A stretch of 64,000 bases of DNA from a phage, in NCBI GenBank assembly GCA_014687725.1, contig GCA_014687725.1_4094.1, one strand, 5' to 3'. The notes beneath the pieces are model-generated. The model searched no databases. It was not told the DNA's origin and saw nothing but the letters and a program-made list of their open reading frames with translations. The translations under genes were made by a program, and so were the position numbers. Shown piece by piece: positions 55,612-62,905 of the stretch (the stretch's first letter is position 1; each line of letters opens with the position of its first letter).

Positions 55612-56141
55612 AAGAAACATGTGTATTAACGTTTGGTCGTATTAATCCTGTACATCGTGGACATGGTTTAGTTTTTGAAAAGGCCAAAACATTACAAGAA
55701 CAGTACAATGCTGATTTAAAAATATATCTAAGCACCAGTACTGACAATATAAAAAACCCACTCCCACCTGAACTAAAAATGTATTATACAGAGGGATTCT
55801 ATCCTTCAGTGCAAGAGAACATCTACACAGAAGACAATCTATTTGATATAATGAGAGAACTGGATGGAAAGTACTTAGATGTTCTTTTCATTTGTGGTTC
55901 TGACCGTATTGATTCTTTTCAAAAAACTCTTGACATGTACAATGGTAAGTTGTATAATTTTTGTAGTATAAAAGCAATTCAGGCAGGTATTGACCGTAAT
56001 GTAAGTCAATATAGCTCAACACAAATGCGTAACTTCGCAAAAAATGAAGATTTTGATAGTTTTCGTGAGTTTTTACCTGGAAATGACGAGGACTTAAAAA
56101 TACAATTATTTGAAGACGTTATAAAATACATGAGGAAATAA
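55608..56141 (+). CDS. HxGH-motif nucleotidyltransferase (cytidylyl/adenylyltransferase superfamily, NMN adenylyltransferase-like)
   Basis: N-terminal TFGRINPVHRGH = (T/H)xGH signature; ATGA overlap with methyltransferase gene. Confidence 0.7.
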   Translation: MKETCVLTFGRINPVHRGHGLVFEKAKTLQEQYNADLKIYLSTSTDNIKNPLPPELKMYYTEGFYPSVQENIYTEDNLFDIMRELDGKYLDVLFICGSDRIDSFQKTLDMYNGKLYNFCSIKAIQAGIDRNVSQYSSTQMRNFAKNEDFDSFREFLPGNDEDLKIQLFEDVIKYMRK

Positions 56142-56143
56142 TT

Positions 56144-56437
56144 ATGTCAGTACTGTTCAAAACCAATCCAGTACTTTGGGTTCAAAATGAGCAATCAGGA
56201 TTTCGTTCCATCCATGTTGAATACAAAGGTAATACTGTAGTTGCAATTATTGCTAACAAAACTCTAGGAAACTGGACTGCACAGGTTGTTCCTATGGGAT
56301 ATTCTTACACATCTGATGAGGTACAATTCCTGGCTGAACTATATCGCCAAGTGCCGTTTATCATTAATGTACTAGAAGGTAATGATACATTATCACATGC
56401 AGATGTGATTAATTTTCTTGGAAACTTGCATGTGTGA
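56144..56437 (+). CDS. hypothetical protein (97 aa)
   Basis: ATG with SD GAGGAA. Confidence 0.65.
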   Translation: MSVLFKTNPVLWVQNEQSGFRSIHVEYKGNTVVAIIANKTLGNWTAQVVPMGYSYTSDEVQFLAELYRQVPFIINVLEGNDTLSHADVINFLGNLHV

Positions 56438-56717
56438 TGAAATAAATCTTACAGGATATTTTTTACAAGAATCAATGATTAAATTTAGTGAAAAATTTTC
56501 AGTACTGGATGGTATCGAAATGTGGCATGTCAAACCACTGTTCCACACTTTCAGTAAAGAGCACAAAATGTTATTGACTGAAGCGAGTAAATCAAATAAC
56601 ATATGTGAAATCAAAATTGGTGTAAATGTCTATAAAGGGATGGTTATCTTTTTTGACAATAACAGCAACTACTTTTATATTGTTAAGGAGCATTACGTTG
56701 ACAAATACAAATACTAA
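56430..56717 (+). CDS. hypothetical protein (95 aa)
   Basis: ATG 56430 (track TTG 56418). Confidence 0.55.
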   Translation: MCDEINLTGYFLQESMIKFSEKFSVLDGIEMWHVKPLFHTFSKEHKMLLTEASKSNNICEIKIGVNVYKGMVIFFDNNSNYFYIVKEHYVDKYKY

Positions 56718-57312
56718 TACATACTTCCGTTATCTTCGCTTAGGTCTTTCCCTACGTCCGATCCGTGGAAAGTGCGATTCACTCGCTGACCTTGACTATG
56801 CATATGCATTACATCATGAAGGTGTACAGTATGTATTGGGTGATTATGGTGAATTTGAAGAAACAAATGACAGTACTGGAATTAATGCTGGTGTAGAAAA
56901 TCTTAACAACATTGCTAACAGTTCTCGCCATGACATTGTGTTACAGATTCAAAACTTTATTGAGCAGCACACAGGTAAACGTGTTTGGTGCTATGTCGGC
57001 ACTGATGCACAAATGTCAATTTCATTCGGTAACGATGAAGGATATGTTGCACAGCTTATTATGGATTTTGAATCTGAAGAGAAGTTTTTAGAATTCAAAG
57101 AAAAGATTATTCAGTCACTTGTTGATATGGGTATCCCCGAAGATAAAATGCCAGAAGTTCAAAACATTGATGAATTTGTTTTGATTCCATCTGATGAGAA
57201 ATATGATGCAATGTTTACTGCTCTTAATATTCCAGGAGTTATTGTGGAGTACTTTGATGATGGTGATGATAGTATCTATATCGATCTAGATGACGATGAC
57301 GACGATGAATAA
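56698..57312 (+). CDS. hypothetical protein with poly-Asp C-terminus (204 aa)
   Basis: TTG 56698 with SD AAGGAG 7 nt upstream (track ATG 56626 would overlap upstream gene by 90 nt); tail DLDDDDDDE. Confidence 0.55.
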   Translation: MTNTNTNTYFRYLRLGLSLRPIRGKCDSLADLDYAYALHHEGVQYVLGDYGEFEETNDSTGINAGVENLNNIANSSRHDIVLQIQNFIEQHTGKRVWCYVGTDAQMSISFGNDEGYVAQLIMDFESEEKFLEFKEKIIQSLVDMGIPEDKMPEVQNIDEFVLIPSDEKYDAMFTALNIPGVIVEYFDDGDDSIYIDLDDDDDDE

Positions 57313-57318
57313 TGTACA

Positions 57319-57347
57319 TAGCCCGACATAAGTTCGGGCTATTTTTG
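57319..57347 (+). terminator. rho-independent terminator
   Basis: stem TAGCCCGA/TCGGGCTA + T5. Confidence 0.8.
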
Positions 57348-57358
57348 TAAGGGGATAT

Positions 57359-57634
57359 ATGAATTATAAAGTTCTACAATATACATACAGTGTTTTGTTT
57401 GATTTACATCACAATGGAAGATATCTCAATACAATACGAGAAAACACATTCACTCATACTATCTGGATTAATCACTTAATAATGATACGTGAATATTTTG
57501 TTAATAGTGAGATAATCATTCGTGGTAAAAAACAGAAGATAGAACAAGTTAATAGTTTTGGTGGTAAATTAGTGCTATCATTTATAGATAGTAATACTAA
57601 TGAAAGATATAGTATAGATTTGGTGGACATATGA
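57359..57634 (+). CDS. family C paralog
   Basis: N-terminus MNYKVLQYTYSVLFDL; SD GGGGA. Confidence 0.65.
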   Translation: MNYKVLQYTYSVLFDLHHNGRYLNTIRENTFTHTIWINHLIMIREYFVNSEIIIRGKKQKIEQVNSFGGKLVLSFIDSNTNERYSIDLVDI

Positions 57635-57897
57635 ATTATAAAGATTTCCTACTAACATACAAGATTATTCAAGATTTAGCACACGACAATGATAGCCCTA
57701 GTCTAGAAGACACATGCACTGAAATGATTCATACGATTCGTGGTAAGATTAAAAAAAAATTCAGTACTGTTATTATTGGTGATGACCATGCAGAATTTTC
57801 TGATATAATCATTAGACGTGATGGTAAAGTTGAGGTTCAGTACTACACTGATTTTGGATTTACCAGTATTCCGTTGGAGATATTCCCTTGGGATTAA
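57631..57897 (+). CDS. family C paralog
   Basis: N-terminus MNYKDFLLTYKIIQDL; ATGA overlap. Confidence 0.65.
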   Translation: MNYKDFLLTYKIIQDLAHDNDSPSLEDTCTEMIHTIRGKIKKKFSTVIIGDDHAEFSDIIIRRDGKVEVQYYTDFGFTSIPLEIFPWD

Positions 57898-58199
57898 ATT
57901 TAAATGATATACAATTCACTTATAAGATCCTATATGATTTGTATGATGTATACCTTGTTAGTAACAACATAGGTTCACATAACCGATCCAAAGAACAACC
58001 ATTTATTGATTTATATATTGAGTACTTAGATTCAGTAGGTGAATATATAAAAAAGAATTACAGTACTTTTATCGATGGAAATGATAAATTCGATTTCTAT
58101 GGTGTGCAATCATATAATGGTATAATCCATGTTCAATTTCAGGAAATAACCGATAGGGGATTTATCGAGATTAAAGTTGTGAAGTTGGTGAATTTATAA
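57888..58199 (+). CDS. family C paralog
   Basis: LNDIQFTYKILYDLYD; TTG start with SD GGAGA, no in-frame ATG nearby. Confidence 0.5.
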   Translation: MGLNLNDIQFTYKILYDLYDVYLVSNNIGSHNRSKEQPFIDLYIEYLDSVGEYIKKNYSTFIDGNDKFDFYGVQSYNGIIHVQFQEITDRGFIEIKVVKLVNL

Positions 58200-58209
58200 G
58201 AGGTTACAT

Positions 58210-58521
58210 ATGTTATTAAATGATATACAATTCACATACAAATTTTTGTATATCCAATACGCTACGGTTGATGCTGGAGAATATCTCTACAGTGAAATCT
58301 ATCGTTCGGTATGGATAAAGTTTTTGGATGAATTACATGAATATTACCATGATTTGTGTATAGTTCGTGATAATAAAATATACAAATTCCGCGATATTGT
58401 TAGTCATAGCGGTAAGCTACGATTGGAATTAAGTACTGATAGTGATGTTGATTGGATTGGTGTAAATTTACTGGAGTTGGAGAATGAAAAACAACTTAAA
58501 GGAAATACAAGTATTTTATAA
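58210..58521 (+). CDS. family C paralog
   Basis: MLLNDIQFTYKFLYIQY; SD AAGAGG. Confidence 0.65.
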   Translation: MLLNDIQFTYKFLYIQYATVDAGEYLYSEIYRSVWIKFLDELHEYYHDLCIVRDNKIYKFRDIVSHSGKLRLELSTDSDVDWIGVNLLELENEKQLKGNTSIL

Positions 58522-58768
58522 ATTCTTATACTTATCATATGTAAAAGATGAGTACTATGAAAGTGTGTATTATTTTTTATGGCAACATTACCGTACTATA
58601 GTAAGAGATTTATATATAGGAAAATCTATCATATACAATGGTGAAAAATGTATATGTACTGATGTCGTTAGTTTTAATGGTTCTTTAACACTGTGTTTCA
58701 GATGCGATAATAATAGTGGGTCATTTTCATTAAACGTATATCAGTTAGAAGGAATAAATTTTGAATAA
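58484..58768 (+). CDS. family C paralog
   Basis: LKEIQVFYKFLYLSY; 38-nt overlap with upstream gene. Confidence 0.55.
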   Translation: MKNNLKEIQVFYKFLYLSYVKDEYYESVYYFLWQHYRTIVRDLYIGKSIIYNGEKCICTDVVSFNGSLTLCFRCDNNSGSFSLNVYQLEGINFE

Positions 58769-58961
58769 ATGTCCATATTGTAACAGTACTCAATTAGCTC
58801 GTTTCCGTTTAGATTCAGACTGGGCGACTGGTGCTGGTGATTTCTTCCCTATTAATGATGATGCGGAATACACCGAAGAACAGCACAAAGATTTTGATAA
58901 ATCATGGCGACCTGACATTGAGTGCATTTATTGCCTTAATTGTGAGCGTGTTCATGACTAA
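58761..58961 (+). CDS. zinc-ribbon small protein (66 aa)
   Basis: CPYC...CLNC pattern; TTG start with SD AAGGA. Confidence 0.5.
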   Translation: MNKCPYCNSTQLARFRLDSDWATGAGDFFPINDDAEYTEEQHKDFDKSWRPDIECIYCLNCERVHD

Positions 58962-59217
58962 AGCTGAACTAATAGTTCATACATATAAAATGATATCAAG
59001 TACTGAGTTATCATATAGTGCAGATAATCCAGTACTGGATTATTTTGTTGAATTATTGAAAGAGCATTATATTGGTAAATCACTGAATATTAATAATATT
59101 AATTTCACTATAACGGATGTGGGACCAGGAAAAAACGTACTAATTGTATGTATTACTTCAACTGGTAACCCATTATACCCAATATCAGTAATTTTTGAGG
59201 TATTAGGTGATTTATGA
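58954..59217 (+). CDS. family C paralog
   Basis: ATG 58954 (track 58831 is out-of-frame overlap of zinc-ribbon gene); shares layout with 59214 copy. Confidence 0.55.
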   Translation: MTKAELIVHTYKMISSTELSYSADNPVLDYFVELLKEHYIGKSLNINNINFTITDVGPGKNVLIVCITSTGNPLYPISVIFEVLGDL

Positions 59218-59504
59218 ATATCATATTAATACAAAAAACATATACTCTACTGATGAAAGAATATACTAATACTTATGATGAAAAGTGCAGTGCAAATCAT
59301 AATATGTATGAATTCATTACTCAAGAGTACAGGGATTATATATATGCTGTGTTAGTTGGTAGATATTTCAGTACTAGAAAATACCCAAAACTTCAAATAG
59401 TTGATGTTTCTTTTTATTTCAATGGTCATATTACTATTCATAGTTTAGACCAAGATTCAACAACGTACTTAAACTTTTCATTTGATGAGGTAATATTTTT
59501 ATGA
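59214..59504 (+). CDS. family C paralog
   Basis: MNIILIQKTYTLLMKEY; ATGA overlap. Confidence 0.65.
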   Translation: MNIILIQKTYTLLMKEYTNTYDEKCSANHNMYEFITQEYRDYIYAVLVGRYFSTRKYPKLQIVDVSFYFNGHITIHSLDQDSTTYLNFSFDEVIFL

Positions 59505-59677
59505 GAACAGTATTTTTTATCTGGAGTCTTTTTTCATTGGCAGTACTGACAGTATGTGGGATTTGTTTCCTTTCATCAATTAATACTTGGTATATCAATT
59601 TACTATTTCCATTTGTCGGTGTTGGTTTAGGGTTTACTTTGCATAGTGTATGTAAGGATTACAATGAGAACAAATGA
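59501..59677 (+). CDS. small membrane protein (58 aa, two predicted TM helices)
   Basis: ATGA overlap; FFIWSLFSLAVLTVCGICFL and INLLFPFVGVGLGFTL segments; below track cut-off. Confidence 0.45.
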   Translation: MRTVFFIWSLFSLAVLTVCGICFLSSINTWYINLLFPFVGVGLGFTLHSVCKDYNENK

Positions 59678-59942
59678 AGTACTTATTGCTGAAACAATGA
59701 AGATGATTTACAATATCACGTCAGCACAGAATATGCCCTATCCAACTAAGTCTTTATTGAGGACTGTGTATCTGGGGATAGTACAGGAGTACTACAAATC
59801 CAAGCACCGAAGCATTATTAGTGTTTATCGTGATTATGAAAGGATTCGTATTTTATTCTGGAACAAGAATCGAGTACGTTCTGAATGTGACCTAGTGGAC
59901 TTTAAATTAGAGAATCTTTATTGCTATAAACAGGGACAATAG
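59664..59942 (+). CDS. hypothetical protein (92 aa)
   Basis: ATG 59664 with SD AAGGA (track GTG 59646). Confidence 0.55.
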   Translation: MRTNEVLIAETMKMIYNITSAQNMPYPTKSLLRTVYLGIVQEYYKSKHRSIISVYRDYERIRILFWNKNRVRSECDLVDFKLENLYCYKQGQ

Positions 59943-60000
59943 TTTAATTCATGATATAATAATGGGTAAGGAACAATAATTAACACAAGGAGTGTGTGAA

Positions 60001-60729
60001 ATGCTTGACCGTATCCGTTTCGCTACAGAGATGGCGAATGAATTAAACATGGCAAATTTCCAAATGTTAACATCAGTAATGGCTGAACATGCATGTGCTT
60101 ATTCTGTAAGTGGTGTGCAGTGTGGTCAGGAGAATATGTTAGCAGATGTTTATAGTGAAGTGCAAAGTAAGCAATATAGTGTAAAGACATATAAGGATAA
60201 GTTTGTTAGTCTTTATATGAACGAAGATATTGCCGAAGACCGTAAATTCACTGATTTTATTATTGAACGCCGAGTATCAGGTGTATCTAATCCTAATGCA
60301 TCAAGCGAGGAAGTTTTTGCAGAAGTACTGAAAGATATATACGAAAATGAATTAAAAAGTAAGAATCATTACAATGTACGTGAAACGAACACAGTGCTCT
60401 TGGGATATGATGAAGACGAAGAATACTATTATTTTCGTATGACTGAAGTTCCTTTTGAATACAAATCTCCATATACAACTACAGTGAAAGAATTTACTGA
60501 AAAAAGTAAAAACTTCATGAAGCATGAAGGAAATCGTTGTAGTATAAATGGTTATGACGAAAATGGCATTCACATTTATGAATGGGTTCACCCAAATTGT
60601 CAGACATACACTCGTTGCTTGAAAAAACGTTATAATTTAGAAGAGCATGAATCATTCTATTTTAAAGTTAAGAAGCAAGGTTATACTCGCCCCGCCGATT
60701 CTGAATTGATGGGTATGATATATTTCTAA
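60001..60729 (+). CDS. hypothetical protein (242 aa)
   Basis: ATG 60001 with SD AAGGAG (track GTG 59992). Confidence 0.7.
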   Translation: MLDRIRFATEMANELNMANFQMLTSVMAEHACAYSVSGVQCGQENMLADVYSEVQSKQYSVKTYKDKFVSLYMNEDIAEDRKFTDFIIERRVSGVSNPNASSEEVFAEVLKDIYENELKSKNHYNVRETNTVLLGYDEDEEYYYFRMTEVPFEYKSPYTTTVKEFTEKSKNFMKHEGNRCSINGYDENGIHIYEWVHPNCQTYTRCLKKRYNLEEHESFYFKVKKQGYTRPADSELMGMIYF

Positions 60730-60739
60730 GGAAACTTCT

Positions 60740-61021
60740 ATGGATTTTTATCTACACACATGGACATACGAACAATATATTACATTATATCTTGAAATTA
60801 TTAACACAGAACCTAGGTGTGGTTGTAGGTTCGCAGATATCATAAAAGAGTATGCTGACGAGTTCGAGTTTGTGTATCTTGGGTCTGATATATTTGTAAA
60901 AAGTGTAGGTAAAACCGGACGAATCACTGATATAGATTACGACACTGTTAGTGTGAATTTCTATGTTGATTTTCCTGATGCTGGCGTTGATGGTGTATAT
61001 TGTCTTTATGAAATAATTTAA
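60740..61021 (+). CDS. hypothetical protein (93 aa)
   Basis: Track ORF; followed by terminator. Confidence 0.65.
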   Translation: MDFYLHTWTYEQYITLYLEIINTEPRCGCRFADIIKEYADEFEFVYLGSDIFVKSVGKTGRITDIDYDTVSVNFYVDFPDAGVDGVYCLYEII

Positions 61022-61027
61022 ATTCTT

Positions 61028-61053
61028 AGGCCAGCGTTTGCTGGTCTTTTTTC
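61028..61053 (+). terminator. rho-independent terminator
   Basis: stem AGGCCAGC/GCTGGTCT + T6. Confidence 0.75.
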
Positions 61054-61065
61054 GCAGGTACAAAG

Positions 61066-61368
61066 ATGTTCAGTATAGATTTAATTAACAGTACTATCAA
61101 AATGTTGGCTGATTTGGTGAGACAATCCAATGGAACTTTATATCCATCAATGTATAAAATGTTTGACCGATACATCAAGGATTGTAACATATCATTATAT
61201 GGACTTGCTGTTGATATAGACGATTACTATGGAATTAATACTTCATATAAAACAGGAATTTTAATTGGTATTAATATAAAGATGGGGTATTTACCTTATT
61301 ACTGTATAGGATTACCAGATAATACTTTTGTAGAATATCCAGCCAGTACTATTAAATTAAGAGGATAA
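61066..61368 (+). CDS. hypothetical protein (100 aa)
   Basis: Track ORF. Confidence 0.6.
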   Translation: MFSIDLINSTIKMLADLVRQSNGTLYPSMYKMFDRYIKDCNISLYGLAVDIDDYYGINTSYKTGILIGINIKMGYLPYYCIGLPDNTFVEYPASTIKLRG

Positions 61369-61375
61369 AACTAAA

Positions 61376-61954
61376 ATGAATGTATTAGAATTAAGTACTA
61401 AGCTGATTAGTATGCGTAATGAGTGGTACGATTGGTTTTATAATGGTACTGATATGGATTTTTCAAAATATCCATTTATGGAATCAGGATGTGATGCAAG
61501 ATACCGCTGGTTGAGCAAAGATTGTTCTGGTTTACATATTCTAGTTGACGATAGTGGTCAGGGAATTATAAAAGATTTACTTCAAGTTGAACAACTCGTC
61601 CATGATAATTGGTGTGATAACGATCCATACCTTGGAAATATGATTTATGTAAGTGAAGATGATTGCATATTCGTTATCCAGCGTCATGGTAATTCTATGT
61701 TTTATGTAGCAGATAGCAGTACTCCAGAAGGTGCAGCAGCCGATGGACTTATGCCTAAGATTGATATATTGGAATTTGGATTACCTGAGCACTTCCAGAT
61801 TAGTACTTTATACGATATTCCACCACTTGAGTTCTTTGAAGAATTTAAATTGTACTACAATGATCTTCAAAAATTGAGTACTGATCGACGCATTGAAATA
61901 ACTGTTAAGTACATGGACGGAACGAAATTAACTGATACGGGGATAGAATTTTGA
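61376..61954 (+). CDS. family B paralog (outlier copy)
   Basis: motif GLPEHFQISTLYD. Confidence 0.6.
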   Translation: MNVLELSTKLISMRNEWYDWFYNGTDMDFSKYPFMESGCDARYRWLSKDCSGLHILVDDSGQGIIKDLLQVEQLVHDNWCDNDPYLGNMIYVSEDDCIFVIQRHGNSMFYVADSSTPEGAAADGLMPKIDILEFGLPEHFQISTLYDIPPLEFFEEFKLYYNDLQKLSTDRRIEITVKYMDGTKLTDTGIEF

Positions 61955-62640
61955 TTAAAGATTTAGATAGAATTTTATATGTACTAAGGGGTGTAATTAC
62001 ATTACATCCACAAATCAATCGAATTGAAAGTACATTTCAGTTGGAGTCAAGAGAAACTCCATATTCACATATATCAAATGTAGTTGGTTCACTCAGTACT
62101 GAAGACTCGTCTTACGATATTTGTGTATGTGAAGTACAACCAAGTTCGGATCTTGGATTTGCTATTTTTGATAAAGATCAAAATCTCATTAGTATGTTTC
62201 AGTGCAATAATCCTTTTTGGAAAACATGCCTGTATCCAGAGTGGGCTATGCTTGATCCAACCAAGAGTACCATTAAAGTTTATGACTCTAAAAATGATGA
62301 AGTCGTTATTGATTTGGATGAGTCAATGTCAGAGGAAGAACACTTTCAGCTAATGATGATGCGTGCTATGCCGGAATACAATGCAATGATTAACACTGTG
62401 CAATACATTAAGGATACCATGCCAGCGTTGCGTACACATGAGTTTTGTCATCCGGTATTGTATGAACATCTAGATTTAGACTTCAGTACTATTAAATTTA
62501 AAGATAGTGTTAAAAAATATATTCAAGAGAATGTTAAATTTGATTTTATTAGTACTATGAACAATAATCCAAAAACTAATTTTAGGCATCAGTACAATGA
62601 ATCTTTGTCTAATGGACGTGATACAAGTTGGTGGAAATAA
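61951..62640 (+). CDS. family B-like paralog (outlier copy)
   Basis: motif MSEEEHFQLMMMRAM; TTG start with SD GGGGA. Confidence 0.5.
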   Translation: MIKDLDRILYVLRGVITLHPQINRIESTFQLESRETPYSHISNVVGSLSTEDSSYDICVCEVQPSSDLGFAIFDKDQNLISMFQCNNPFWKTCLYPEWAMLDPTKSTIKVYDSKNDEVVIDLDESMSEEEHFQLMMMRAMPEYNAMINTVQYIKDTMPALRTHEFCHPVLYEHLDLDFSTIKFKDSVKKYIQENVKFDFISTMNNNPKTNFRHQYNESLSNGRDTSWWK

Positions 62641-62641
62641 T

Positions 62642-62905
62642 ATGAATATTAAAGATAGATTACAATTACTATACACTATTGAACAGGCTGCTTATGATCT
62701 TGTTCGAAAAATCTCAGATGAACTACCTAAAGGAACTAAAGTTCGTGTACGTGAGATGAATTATTTTTCTGGAAAATTTGAAGAACAAGTACTAACAGTG
62801 AATAAAGTAACATACTATGAATCTGAGTTGTCTATTCAGTGTGAATCTGATCATGGATTAATATCATATTATGGAACTGATGTAGATATAGAGGTAATAA
62901 AATGA
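62642..62905 (+). CDS. hypothetical small protein (87 aa)
   Basis: ATG 62642 just after upstream TAA (track 62597). Confidence 0.55.
   Translation: MNIKDRLQLLYTIEQAAYDLVRKISDELPKGTKVRVREMNYFSGKFEEQVLTVNKVTYYESELSIQCESDHGLISYYGTDVDIEVIK

Noticed and set aside
15921-62676. Minus-strand and nested plus-strand track ORFs inside the array and the 3' region (for example 15921-16145, 18038-18229, 23837-24046, 25336-25542, 33194-33409, 33523-33768, 34011-34202, 40898-41179, 43692-43880, 46495-46683, 51291-51506, 52347-52538, 55103-55306, 62084-62353 and the listed minus-strand ORFs)
   Set aside because: Fully contained within longer, motif-bearing or SD-supported plus-strand genes in another frame; compositional by-products of AT-rich coding sequence
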